NCBI GenBank assembly: GCA_965204165.1
Contig: OZ241969.1
Span: 4,280,735-4,344,734, forward strand
Length of the DNA: 64,000 bases
Direction: 5' to 3'
DNA from: Candidatus Poriferihabitaceae bacterium
GTDB taxonomy: Bacteria > Pseudomonadota > Gammaproteobacteria > Arenicellales > Poriferihabitantaceae
Part shown: piece by piece, positions 48,533-58,318 of the stretch
Position numbering within the stretch: the first letter of the stretch is position 1
How the letters are laid out: every line of letters starts with the position of its first letter
Notes under the pieces: generated by a model
The model's database searches: none
Seen by the model: only the letters and a program-made list of their open reading frames with translations
What the model was told of the DNA's origin: nothing
Position numbers and translations under genes: made by a program

Positions 48533-48619
48533 GCCGAGGTGGCGAAACTGGTAGACGCGTCAGACTCAAAATCTGATTGGGGCAACTCAGTGTCGGTTCG
48601 AGTCCGACCCTCGGCACCA
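48533..48619 (+). tRNA. tRNA-Leu (anticodon CAA), long variable arm, encoded CCA
   Basis: Acceptor GCCGAGG/CCTCGGC, D-arm GGCGAAACTGGTAGACGC, anticodon loop CTCAAAA, T-arm GGTTCGAGTCC, 3' ACCA. Confidence 0.9.
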
Positions 48620-48660
48620 AGATCCCGGCGGCATCCCGAAGGAGCGAAGGAGAAATCTGA

Positions 48661-48684
48661 AAAAGCCGCCCGGGGGCGGCTTTT
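48661..48684. terminator. bidirectional intrinsic terminator between tRNA-Leu and the aminotransferase gene
   Basis: AAAAGCCGCCCGGGGGCGGCTTTT: a perfect G/C hairpin flanked by A- and T-tracts. Confidence 0.6.
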
Positions 48685-48707
48685 CCTGTGCCTGAATTCC
48701 GGGTCGC

Positions 48708-50093
48708 TCAGGCCGCCTGTGCCGTCAGCGCACGGTCGATGGCGCCGACGATCTCGTCCAGGTCGCCCCGGCTGCAGACCAGTGCGGGGCTGAGGCAGAG
48801 GGTGTTGTTGTACCGGGGGAAGCTGCGCGTGGTGCGCCCGATCATGACCGCGCTCTCACGCAGGCAATGCGTCACCACCGCCGCGGCCACCGCCTCGTCA
48901 ACGGGCTCCTTCGTCACCCGGTCCTGCACCAGTTCCGCGCCCACGAACAGGCCCTTTCCACGCACGTCGCCGACCATGGGGTGCTTGTCCTTCAGTTCAT
49001 GGAGGAGACCCATAAGGTACTCGCCCATCTCGTTGACGTTGTCGAGCAGGTTCTCCTGCTCGATGATGCGCATGTTCTCAAGCGCCGCCGCAGGGCCCGC
49101 GGTGCAGCCGCCGAAAGTACTGATGTCCCGGAAGTAATGCATCGTGTCGGACACATCGGCGAGGAATTCGCCGAACAGCTCCTCCGTCGTCACGGTCACC
49201 GAGATCGCGGCATACCCGCTGGCAACGCCCTTGGCCATGGTCACGATGTCCGGCTCGACACCGTAATGCTGGTAGCCGAACCACTTGCCGGTCCGGCCCA
49301 TGCCGCAGACCACCTCGTCAATATGGAGGAGCACACCGTATTTCCTGCAGATCTCCTGCACAGTCTCGAAGTAGCCTTCAGGCGGCGTGATCACCCCGCC
49401 CCCGGCGGTGACGGGCTCGAGGATCAGCGACCCCACCGTGTCGGGACCTTCCCGCAGGATGACCTTCTCGATCTCTCGCGCCGCCTGCACACCGTAGTCC
49501 GGATCGTCGCCATTCGGTGCCCGGTAGGCGAGACAGTGGGGAACCTCCACAAACCCCGGTGTGAACGGCCCGTACTGGTCCTTGCGCTGGAGCTGCCCAC
49601 CGCTCGACAGCGCGGTGATGGTGGTGCCGTGATAATCACGGTCGCGATAGAGAATCTTGTGCTTCTTGCCGCCGTTCTTCAGCGCGGCGAGCTGGCGCAC
49701 CAGCTTGTAGCCCTTTTCATTGGCCTCGGAGCCCGAGTTGCTGTAGTAAACCCGGCTGAGCCCCGGCATCTTTTCGGTCAGCTTTTCCGCGAACATCGCC
49801 CCCGGCACGGAACCGGCGGTATTGGCGAAATAGCACATCTTCACCAACTGCTCGCGAACGGCATCGGCGATGGACTCCCGCCCATAGCCCACGTTCACGG
49901 TCCAGACACCGCCGGACACCGCATCCAGGTATTCCCGGCCGTTGATGTCCTTCACCCTGAGGCCCTTGCCTTCCACAATTACCAGGGGATCGGCGTTTTC
50001 CAGGGGCTTGTGCTGGATCATGTGATGCCAGACGTGCGCCCTGTCGTCGTCGACGATTCTGGCGCTTTCGAGGCCGGCTACTGCTTTGTTCAT
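48708..50093 (-). CDS. class-III (omega-type) PLP aminotransferase
   Basis: 461 aa from MNKAVAGL. Contains DAVSGGVWTVNVGYGR, SGSEANE, DEVVCGMGRTGKWF and TMAKGV (PLP lysine). Confidence 0.85.
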   Translation of the reverse strand: MNKAVAGLESARIVDDDRAHVWHHMIQHKPLENADPLVIVEGKGLRVKDINGREYLDAVSGGVWTVNVGYGRESIADAVREQLVKMCYFANTAGSVPGAMFAEKLTEKMPGLSRVYYSNSGSEANEKGYKLVRQLAALKNGGKKHKILYRDRDYHGTTITALSSGGQLQRKDQYGPFTPGFVEVPHCLAYRAPNGDDPDYGVQAAREIEKVILREGPDTVGSLILEPVTAGGGVITPPEGYFETVQEICRKYGVLLHIDEVVCGMGRTGKWFGYQHYGVEPDIVTMAKGVASGYAAISVTVTTEELFGEFLADVSDTMHYFRDISTFGGCTAGPAAALENMRIIEQENLLDNVNEMGEYLMGLLHELKDKHPMVGDVRGKGLFVGAELVQDRVTKEPVDEAVAAAVVTHCLRESAVMIGRTTRSFPRYNNTLCLSPALVCSRGDLDEIVGAIDRALTAQAA

Positions 50094-50489
50094 GAAATCT
50101 ACCTCCAGTCGTACCGCCGGCACGCCGACGGATTGGATTCGCTCGCGTACTCTCAGGGTAACATAGCTGCTGGGAGAAGGTGCATATAGGGCCAGATCGG
50201 ATCGCTGCACGGTGCCAGCCCGGTGGACAGGCGCCACCCCGGACGCGGGCTCCAGAGTTCCGGAGACCTGACCCAATGCATAATTTCTGGCTGGCCCCCA
50301 GGGATCGGGGCGTGGATATCACCGTGCGGGGGCGGAAGGTGGCGGTGGTCCTCCTTGTACCCGCTGAAAAGCTGAATACACTGTATCAGCCGTTCTGTGC
50401 ATACGGCTGATTCGGTCAATCTACCCGTTCTTTGAACCCTGAGACCCTCTCTTCATTCGTCCTTGCATATCGAGAATACCTTGGCGCGA

Positions 50490-50924
50490 TCAATCTGCAG
50501 TGCAACCCGCCAACCACGGATTGATTGTGTTTACACCGGCAAAATCAAAGTCGGACAGATTTCTGGTAACGACCGTCATGCCATGCACCATGGCAGTTGC
50601 AGCAATCAGCGCATCCCTTTCAGATCGCGGATCAGGTACATGCAGCCTGGCGCATTTCAGGGCAATGGCAGGATCAACCGGCAGTATGCGCTCCAGGAAC
50701 TCGGGCAATACATGCCGGTCCATCCATTCCCGCAAACGATCTCCCTGCTCCGCATCACGCCGCTCGATGCGCAGAATTCCGATCTCAAGTTCCAACAGGG
50801 TAAGAACGGATAAATAGAAACTCCCCCCATTTTGCTTCGCCACCCAGGTTTTGACATTCACATCTGCCCGTGCATCTCCGATCTTGCGTAATTCGGAGAT
50901 GACATTCGTGTCCAGAAGGAACAT
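50490..50924 (-). CDS. vapC: PIN-domain toxin (VapC/FitB type)
   Basis: MFLLDTNVISE..., conserved acidic residues, C-terminal TRNxxDF. It overlaps the antitoxin stop by 1 nt. Confidence 0.85.
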   Translation of the reverse strand: MFLLDTNVISELRKIGDARADVNVKTWVAKQNGGSFYLSVLTLLELEIGILRIERRDAEQGDRLREWMDRHVLPEFLERILPVDPAIALKCARLHVPDPRSERDALIAATAMVHGMTVVTRNLSDFDFAGVNTINPWLAGCTAD

Positions 50925-51178
50925 CAGGACAGTTCAACCGATGAGATGTCCGGACCGATGCGCGGCGGGTCGAAATCTATCTCGGAGAGTCCTTTCATTG
51001 AGATTGCATCCAGAAGGCTACGGCGCTCTCCAGAAAGCTCCCGATAGGCTTCAATGCTGAGCAGGACATGCGCGGGCCTTCCGCGATCGGTGATGACCAC
51101 GGGACCGGAAGCCGCAGCCCTTTTTGCCTGGGCAAGATCCTGGTTGAATTCACGACTGGTAAGGGTTGTGACGGTCAT
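50924..51178 (-). CDS. Phd/YefM-type antitoxin
   Basis: 84 aa. TSREFNQDLAQAKRAA..GPVVITDRGRPAHVLLSIEAYREL is the typical antitoxin N-terminal fold sequence. Confidence 0.8.
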   Translation of the reverse strand: MTVTTLTSREFNQDLAQAKRAAASGPVVITDRGRPAHVLLSIEAYRELSGERRSLLDAISMKGLSEIDFDPPRIGPDISSVELS

Positions 51179-51582
51179 TGCGAATCTACGGCATGGAATG
51201 TGACTATGTTACTACATTTTTTGGTTCACATTCATCGCGGAGCATGACTTTCGCGGAAAACCACAAGAACTTTCATGCAATGGGCAAGTCCGGGGGCAGA
51301 CAAGTCAAACGGGTCTATGGCATCGTGCTTCGGAACCTTCACCTGGCTGTACTGACGCAAGTTGAGTCATGAATTGGCAAACCGCCCGGTGTCCATACAC
51401 CGGAAGTTCCGAATGACTTTGCACTATTTCCTGTTCCCGGGTTTTGGATTGCAAACACCCCCCTGACCAAAATCTCCATCTGCGAAATCAGACTGGCCGA
51501 TAAGGTCATGCAGAATGCGCCCTAACATGCCCGTCTGCGCCTTGACGACTCATCGCCACCTAATGAGTACAATACCACCCCC

Positions 51583-53742
51583 ATGGACGTTTCCCATATT
51601 CTCGACCCGCTCAACGACGCCCAGCGCGAAGCGGTCACCCTGCCCCCCGGACCCGCCCTCGTGCTTGCCGGCGCCGGCAGCGGCAAGACCCGGGTCCTGA
51701 CCCACCGGATCAGCTGGCTGGTGCGGGCGGAGGAACTATCTCCACTCAACATACTCGCGGTCACCTTCACCAACAAGGCAGCCCGGGAAATGCGCGGGCG
51801 CATCGAGGAGCTGCTGCAGTTTCCCAGCGGCGGCATGTGGATGGGTACCTTCCACGGACTCTGCCACCGCCTGCTCAGGATGCACTGGCAGGAGGCCGGA
51901 CTGCCGGAGACCTTCGAGATCATCGACAGCGAGGACCAGCTTCGCATTGTGCGCCGGGTACTGGCGAACCTGGACCTGGACGAGGCCCGCTGGGTGCCCC
52001 GGCAACTGCAGTGGAACATCAACTGGCACAAGGACGAGGCGAGGCGCTCCCGCCATGTGCCAGAGAGCCCCGATTTCCACCAACAGACCCTGCTGCGCAT
52101 CTATACCGCCTACGAGGAAACCTGCCAGCGCCTGGGGCTGGTGGACTTCGCCGAGATCCTGCTGCGGACACTGGAACTGTTCAGGAACAACCAGACCATC
52201 CGTGAAACCTGGCAGCGCCGGTTCCGGCATGTGCTGGTGGACGAGTTCCAGGACACCAACACCATCCAGTACCAGTGGCTCAGGCTGCTTGCCGATACCA
52301 GCAAGAACCTGTTCGCCGTTGGGGATGACGATCAGTCGATCTACAGCTGGCGCGGAGCCAGGGTCGAGAACATGCTGTCCTTCGAGAAGGACTTTCCCGG
52401 CACCCGGATCATCCGCCTGGAGCAGAACTACCGTTCCAGCGGCCACATCCTCGCCGCCGCCAACGCGGTGATCGCCAACAACGCCGGCCGCATGGGCAAG
52501 AATCTCTGGACCGAGGCCGGCCAGGGCAACCCGATCCGGCTCTACGGCGCCAGCAACGAGATTGACGAGGCCCGGTTCGTGGTCAACACAATCGAATCCT
52601 GGGTCCGGGAAGGCAACCGGCGGGACAGCGTGGCCATCCTGTACCGCTCCAACGCACAGTCCAGGGTGTTTGAGGAACTGCTGCTGTCGACCTCCACTCC
52701 CTACCGTGTCTACGGCGGGCTACGGTTCTTCGAGCGGGCGGAAGTCAAGGACGCCCTGGCCTACATGCGGCTGGTGAGCAACCGGGATTCCGATCCCTCG
52801 TTCGAGCGCGTGGTCAACCTGCCCCCCCGGGGAATCGGGGCGCGCACCCTGGAGGTGATCCGGGAGCATGCACGGGCGGGGGCAATCTCGATGTGGCAGG
52901 CGGCAATTCAGGTCCTGGAAAAGGGGGTTCTGCCCACCCGGTCCGGTGAAGCGGTCGGGGGCTTTCTCAAGGGGATCGACGCCATGGCCGACGATTCCCT
53001 GGACCGGCCCCTGGCCGAACTGACCGAACGGATTCTCGACCAGAGCGGTCTCATGGCCCACCATGCCAAGGACAAGTCGGAACGGGCCCAGGGCCGGGTG
53101 GAAAACCTGCAGGAACTGGTGACTGCGGCCAGGAACTTCATGCCGTCGGAGACGGACGACGAGACCCCGGACATGCTGTCAATGTTCCTCACCAGCGCCG
53201 CCCTCGAGGCGGGGGAAGGCCAGTCAGAGGAATGGGAAGACTGCGTTCAACTCATGACCATGCATTCCGCCAAGGGCCTCGAATTTCCGCTGGTCTTCCT
53301 CTGCGGCATGGAGGAAGGCCTGTTCCCCCACCAGCGGTCGCTGGAGGAACCGGGACGCATGGAGGAGGAGCGGCGCCTGTTCTACGTCGGCATGACCCGG
53401 GCCATGGAACAGCTGTACCTGTGCCACGCGGAAATACGCCGGCTGTACGGCAGGGACAATTACACCCAGGGATCGCGCTTTCTGGGCGAGGTGCCCCCCG
53501 GGCACCTCGAGGAAATCCGCTCGCGGGCGTTCAGCAGGCCGCTTCAGAGGGCCTACGGCTCCACCGGGACGCCGACCTACAACGGCCTTCGGCCGGGCAG
53601 CCATGTCCGGCATGAGAAATTCGGCGAGGGCACGGTGGTGACCCTGGAGGGACAGGGGGAGCATGTCCGGATCCAGATCAACTTCAGCGAAGTGGGGACC
53701 AAGTGGATACTGCCAGCCTATGCCCGGCTGGAAATGGTCTGA
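51583..53742 (+). CDS. uvrD: DNA helicase II
   Basis: LNDAQREAV, AGAGSGKTRVLTHRI, VDEFQDTN and YRS are SF1 motifs. The length of 719 aa is typical of UvrD. Confidence 0.9.
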   Translation: MDVSHILDPLNDAQREAVTLPPGPALVLAGAGSGKTRVLTHRISWLVRAEELSPLNILAVTFTNKAAREMRGRIEELLQFPSGGMWMGTFHGLCHRLLRMHWQEAGLPETFEIIDSEDQLRIVRRVLANLDLDEARWVPRQLQWNINWHKDEARRSRHVPESPDFHQQTLLRIYTAYEETCQRLGLVDFAEILLRTLELFRNNQTIRETWQRRFRHVLVDEFQDTNTIQYQWLRLLADTSKNLFAVGDDDQSIYSWRGARVENMLSFEKDFPGTRIIRLEQNYRSSGHILAAANAVIANNAGRMGKNLWTEAGQGNPIRLYGASNEIDEARFVVNTIESWVREGNRRDSVAILYRSNAQSRVFEELLLSTSTPYRVYGGLRFFERAEVKDALAYMRLVSNRDSDPSFERVVNLPPRGIGARTLEVIREHARAGAISMWQAAIQVLEKGVLPTRSGEAVGGFLKGIDAMADDSLDRPLAELTERILDQSGLMAHHAKDKSERAQGRVENLQELVTAARNFMPSETDDETPDMLSMFLTSAALEAGEGQSEEWEDCVQLMTMHSAKGLEFPLVFLCGMEEGLFPHQRSLEEPGRMEEERRLFYVGMTRAMEQLYLCHAEIRRLYGRDNYTQGSRFLGEVPPGHLEEIRSRAFSRPLQRAYGSTGTPTYNGLRPGSHVRHEKFGEGTVVTLEGQGEHVRIQINFSEVGTKWILPAYARLEMV

Positions 53743-53813
53743 GGCCTGCCGCATTCCCGGTCAGCCGTGAATGCGAATGATCGCCGCCGGGGCCCGGCGG
53801 GGCTTGCCGGGAT

Positions 53814-54041
53814 TCAGGCCGCGTCCTTTTGCTTTTGTTCGAAGCGGTGTCCTTCGGGCTGCTGCTCGAGCATGTGGGGCTCCGCCGGTTCGATCTCCAC
53901 CGCCAGCCAGTGGAAACAGGGTTCGCTCACCCTGTACGGCCTCAGCGGCGCGGTGATCAGCTCTGGATGCTCATACAGCATTTCGTCGGTCACCGGGATG
54001 AACACCTTGTGCGAAGGCAATGCTTCGGAAACGAGAGGCAT
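53814..54041 (-). CDS. hypothetical small protein (75 aa)
   Basis: ORF only, with no supporting motif. Confidence 0.3.
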   Translation of the reverse strand: MPLVSEALPSHKVFIPVTDEMLYEHPELITAPLRPYRVSEPCFHWLAVEIEPAEPHMLEQQPEGHRFEQKQKDAA

Positions 54042-54493
54042 GTGCTTGCTACCAGTTGCTACCTTATTTCTAGACCAGCGTGAATTACACTCCCGCGCGG
54101 TGGTGCGGAATAAGGAGAAATCATGGTATTTTGGTGGCAGTTACGGGTTTCGTAGCCCCATGCGGGACCCGGCCAGGGCAATCCCGCCGGAAACGTCCGT
54201 GACGCCGGGCCGCGAATCCTAAACCGTACCGCCGGCCCGACCCCCACCCTCCCCGACAGGAAGACCCGCGGCGCCCCATTGCCAACCTGAAACAGCGTCC
54301 GTGGACTGAGGGCCGCCCCACGGTGAGATGCCGGGGCAGGAGGCGGTCTGATCCCCTCGGACGTCCTCCCTGCACCCGGGGCGCAATTCATGGCAATCCG
54401 GTGACAGTTTGCGGGGTTTCCGGGAATGCCTGTCGATGGGGGAAAGGCATCCGGTATACTTTCAGTCCGAAACCACGGGTTCAGTCATACCGA

Positions 54494-55189
54494 ATGTCCA
54501 GAACCATCGCCATCGTCGAGGATGACGTCGACCAGCGGGAAAACTACGCCGACGCGCTGAAATCCCAGGGCTACGCAATCCAGGTGTACGGGAACCGCGC
54601 CGACGCCAGCGCGGGATTCCGCCGCTCGCTGCCGGACCTCGCCATTCTCGATATCATGCTCGAGAACGACATGGACGGCGGTTTCGATCTCTGCCGGGAA
54701 CTCAGGCAGCAGTCCCCCAAGCTTCCGATCATTTTTCTGACTGCCAGGGACAGCGACATCGACCGGATTTCCGGGCTCCGGCTGGATGCCTGGGACTACA
54801 TCACCAAGCCGGTGAACCTCCAGTTCCTGGCGGTGCGGGTCTCTTCCCTCTTCCGGATGGCATCCACGATCCAGAACTCCTCGCAGCTGCCCGCCGCGAT
54901 GGTGCTGGGGGACCTGGAGCTGGACCAGAACAGCATGTCGGTGAGCTGGAAGGGCCAGTTGCTCAGTTTCACCCTGACGGAGTTCTGGCTGACCGACGCC
55001 CTCGCCCGACACCCGGGACATGTCAAGACCTACGAGGCGCTGATGCAGACCACGCGCCAGAGCTACGTGGAGAAGAACACCATCAACGGCTACGTCCGGC
55101 GCGTGCGCAAGAAATTCAAGGAAGTGGACCCAGCCTTCAACAAGATCCAGACCGTGTTCGGTGTCGGATACCGCTGGCAGGCCGATTGA
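54494..55189 (+). CDS. OmpR-family response regulator
   Basis: Receiver domain: IAIVEDD, DLAILDIMLE (phospho-Asp context), DYITKP. A winged-helix output domain ends VFGVGYRW. No kinase gene is adjacent. Confidence 0.85.
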   Translation: MSRTIAIVEDDVDQRENYADALKSQGYAIQVYGNRADASAGFRRSLPDLAILDIMLENDMDGGFDLCRELRQQSPKLPIIFLTARDSDIDRISGLRLDAWDYITKPVNLQFLAVRVSSLFRMASTIQNSSQLPAAMVLGDLELDQNSMSVSWKGQLLSFTLTEFWLTDALARHPGHVKTYEALMQTTRQSYVEKNTINGYVRRVRKKFKEVDPAFNKIQTVFGVGYRWQAD

Positions 55190-55251
55190 GCCCGAACCGT
55201 ATCGGGTCGCGCCTCCCTGACCATCCGGGCCCAGCGCAACGATAGCCTCAG

Positions 55252-57357
55252 ATGGACGTACAAGGACCCGGGAACTGGATCAACGGGACCTGTCCCCACG
55301 ACTGTCCGGATGCCTGCGGCATCCGTACCCGGGTGGAACAGGGTCGCGCCGTCGCCTTCGAGGCCCAGCCGGAACATCCTGTCGCCGACGGATGGCTCTG
55401 CGCCAAGGTGAACCCCTATCTTGAACGTGTCTACCATGCCGACCGGCTGACCACGCCTCTGCGCCGGACGGGCCGCCGGGGGTCGGGACAGTGGCAGGCT
55501 GTCAGCTGGAAGGAAGCCATCGGGGAAATCGCCGAACGCTGGCAGGGCCTGATCGCGTCCCATGGACCGGAAAGTATCCTGCCCTACAGCTACAGCGGCA
55601 CGCTGGGGCTGGTGCAGATGACCGTCGCCGGCAGCCGGTTCTGGAATCGCCTGGGGGCCAGCCGCCTGGAGCGGACCATCTGCATGGCGGGCAGCCGGCA
55701 CGCCGTGCGCGCCACACTGGGCAAACGCATGAGCCCCCCGTATCACCACGTGCTCGACTCGCGTTTGCTGATTTTCTGGGGGCACAACCCGGTCAGCACC
55801 GCGCCCCATCTCATGCCCTTTGTCCGCCGTGCGCGTCGCCAGGGATGCCGGATCGTGGTGATCGATCCCGTCAGGAGCCGGAGCGCGCGGGGGTCGGACA
55901 TGCACCTGCGCCCCCGCCCGGGCACGGACGGATTGCTGGCGCTGGGCATCGCGAAGATCCTGGCCGAAGACAACCTGGTGGATGAGGAATGGCTCGCCGG
56001 CCACGCCCATGGCTGGCCCGCATTCCGGCGCAGGATTGCGTCCCTGGACCTGGCGTCCGTGATCGCCGAAACCGGCATCTCCGGCAAACAACTGCGCCGC
56101 CTCGCGCACTGGCTGGGTTCCGCGCATCCCGCCATGATCCGGCTGGGCGACGCCATCAACCGTCACACCAACGCGGGCCAGACTGTCCGCGCCATTGCCT
56201 GCCTGCCGGCACTGGTCGGGCAATACGGTGTCCGCGGCGGCGGCCTTGGAAGTTCTACCGGGGACTGGTTCACCTGGAATGACGAGGCCATCAACCGCTG
56301 GTCCGAATGCCCGCCTCCCGGCAGGATGGTGAACATGAACCGCCTGGGTGCCGCGTTGTGCGGCGAAGTCGGGGATCCCCCCATTCGTTCCCTGTTCGTA
56401 TTCGGTGCCAACCCCATGGTTTCCGCACCCAACAGCGCCCTGGTGGAAAAGGGGCTGCTAAGAGAGGATCTGTTCACGGTGGTGCATGACCTGTTCATGA
56501 CGGATACGGCCGAATTGGCGGACCTGGTACTTCCCGCCACATCGCAGCTGGAGCAGGAGGACCTGCACCGGGGCTATGGCCATACGCTGTTGGGTTACAA
56601 CCACCCGGCGATACGCCCGGTGGGCGAATCCAGGAGCAACTGGGAGACGATGCAGCTGCTTTCCCGGGCCATGGGATTCGGTGAGTCGTGGCTGTACGAA
56701 TCCCCGGCAGAAGTCGTCGACGGAATACTCCGGGCGACGGCAGCCACCGAGCCGCCCCTTCGGGGGATCACGCTGCATAAGCTACGGCAGAACGGGTTTG
56801 TCGCCTACGCCGACGGGGATGAAGTGCCATTCGCCGGCGGGGAATTCTCGACGCCCAGCGGCCGCGTCGAGCTGGATTCATCCGCCTACTCCGATTGCGG
56901 CCTTAACGGTGTGCCGGACGGCAGCACCGCCACGCCCCGGGAAGAGACTCCCCCGGGCTGCAACCCTGCCGACGGGCTGCACCTGCTGTCACCCGCCGCC
57001 CACCATTTCGTGAATTCCAGCATGGCCAACCAGGCCGCACTTGTCCGCCGGGAACGGGAAGCGTCGGTCATGCTGCATCCGGCGGACGCGGCAGCCCGCA
57101 GCCTGGAAGCGGGCGGCCGGGTGAAAGTTTTCAATACCCGGGGCCATTGTTATCGTACCGTCACTGTCAGCGAGGACACATTGCCCGGTGTGGCGGTGGC
57201 GACCAACGGATTCTGGCAGGGCGAGGACGGCATGCAATCGATCAACCGGACCACGTCGGACCGCTTGGCGGATGTCGCCGGACAAAGCACGTTTCACAGT
57301 AACCGGGTCTGGGTGGTCCGAGACTGCATGGGAACCGGGGAAGAATCGGTAACCTGA
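55252..57357 (+). CDS. molybdopterin (bis-MGD) oxidoreductase, cytoplasmic type
   Basis: N-terminal 4Fe-4S motif CPHDCPDACG. No twin-arginine signal. The ~700 aa are collinear with DMSO-reductase-family enzymes. Confidence 0.85.
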   Translation: MDVQGPGNWINGTCPHDCPDACGIRTRVEQGRAVAFEAQPEHPVADGWLCAKVNPYLERVYHADRLTTPLRRTGRRGSGQWQAVSWKEAIGEIAERWQGLIASHGPESILPYSYSGTLGLVQMTVAGSRFWNRLGASRLERTICMAGSRHAVRATLGKRMSPPYHHVLDSRLLIFWGHNPVSTAPHLMPFVRRARRQGCRIVVIDPVRSRSARGSDMHLRPRPGTDGLLALGIAKILAEDNLVDEEWLAGHAHGWPAFRRRIASLDLASVIAETGISGKQLRRLAHWLGSAHPAMIRLGDAINRHTNAGQTVRAIACLPALVGQYGVRGGGLGSSTGDWFTWNDEAINRWSECPPPGRMVNMNRLGAALCGEVGDPPIRSLFVFGANPMVSAPNSALVEKGLLREDLFTVVHDLFMTDTAELADLVLPATSQLEQEDLHRGYGHTLLGYNHPAIRPVGESRSNWETMQLLSRAMGFGESWLYESPAEVVDGILRATAATEPPLRGITLHKLRQNGFVAYADGDEVPFAGGEFSTPSGRVELDSSAYSDCGLNGVPDGSTATPREETPPGCNPADGLHLLSPAAHHFVNSSMANQAALVRREREASVMLHPADAAARSLEAGGRVKVFNTRGHCYRTVTVSEDTLPGVAVATNGFWQGEDGMQSINRTTSDRLADVAGQSTFHSNRVWVVRDCMGTGEESVT

Positions 57358-57405
57358 ATCCGGCAGCCCCACGACGCAGACGGGCCGGGATGCCCGTTCA
57401 TGGCA

Positions 57406-58311
57406 TCAGGCAAGGCGCGCCCTGCTCTTTTCCTGACGCTGGTTGACCAGGCTGAATCCGAGCAGAATGAGGACAACCGCCAACCAGAAGACCGCTCCGT
57501 GGGTTTCACCGAATATCAGCCAGCCCCAGGCGACCCCGGTCAGTGCGATCACGTAATGGCTCATGCTGTAGAACACGGCGCCGGCGAGTTCCATGATACG
57601 GAAAAACAGTGAATAGGAGATGCCCGCCATGACTCCGTGCACGATCATCATGGCTTCAGGGGGGCCGAAGTCGTGCCAGATGGGATGGAATTGACCGCTT
57701 GACAGCGATACCGGAAGGAGAAAGGCGACCGCGACCAGATGCGTTCCCGCCGCCAGGTGAAATGGATGCACCCCTGTCAATGGAAATCGGCCGACGTACA
57801 CACCCATGATGGCGTAGCCCAGCGGACAGAGCATGGCAAACAGAACGTGGCCGTCCAGCGTCAGAGATCCGTCCACCCGCTGCAGCGCGATCATCAGGGC
57901 GCCCGCGAATCCCAGGAGAATTCCGCCCATCCGCAGAAAATCGACCTTTTCCTGACGAATCAGCACAACCAGCAGATAGATGAAGATCGGCACGAACGTC
58001 AACAGCACCGCCATGGCGCCGGCGGCGATATGACGTACCGACTCGAAAAACACCGCGTTGGGCAGCGCCGTTCCCACCAATCCGCACATGAGGTAGAACT
58101 TCGCGTCCTGCATCCGGATGGACGGCAGGTTTCCGGTTTGCCGCAGGCCCGTCAGGGTCAGAACCAGCGCCGCCACCAGTGATTGCCAGAACGCGTATCC
58201 GAACGGCTCGATATGATTGGTCGAAACGAATTTGGAGATGCTGGTGGCTCCACCCCGAATGGTGCCGAGCAGCAGCAGAAGCGCCAATGCCAGGGAGAAG
58301 AACCGGTTCAC
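57406..58311 (-). CDS. DMT-superfamily (EamA-type) transporter
   Basis: 10-TM-like hydrophobic pattern with two EamA-like halves. Confidence 0.8.
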   Translation of the reverse strand: MNRFFSLALALLLLLGTIRGGATSISKFVSTNHIEPFGYAFWQSLVAALVLTLTGLRQTGNLPSIRMQDAKFYLMCGLVGTALPNAVFFESVRHIAAGAMAVLLTFVPIFIYLLVVLIRQEKVDFLRMGGILLGFAGALMIALQRVDGSLTLDGHVLFAMLCPLGYAIMGVYVGRFPLTGVHPFHLAAGTHLVAVAFLLPVSLSSGQFHPIWHDFGPPEAMMIVHGVMAGISYSLFFRIMELAGAVFYSMSHYVIALTGVAWGWLIFGETHGAVFWLAVVLILLGFSLVNQRQEKSRARLA

Positions 58312-58318
58312 TGCAGGC

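Noticed and set aside
48533-48619. tRNA-Leu as the integration site of the accessory region
   Set aside because: Four intact core genes (glyA, the 5'-nucleotidase gene, tgt, queA) separate it from the island boundary. No repeat of the tRNA 3' end was seen in the window.
48402-48620. Upstream extension of the queA ORF
   Set aside because: It overlaps tRNA-Leu on the opposite strand. The conserved QueA N-terminus starts at MDISDFDYELPEEL (48401).
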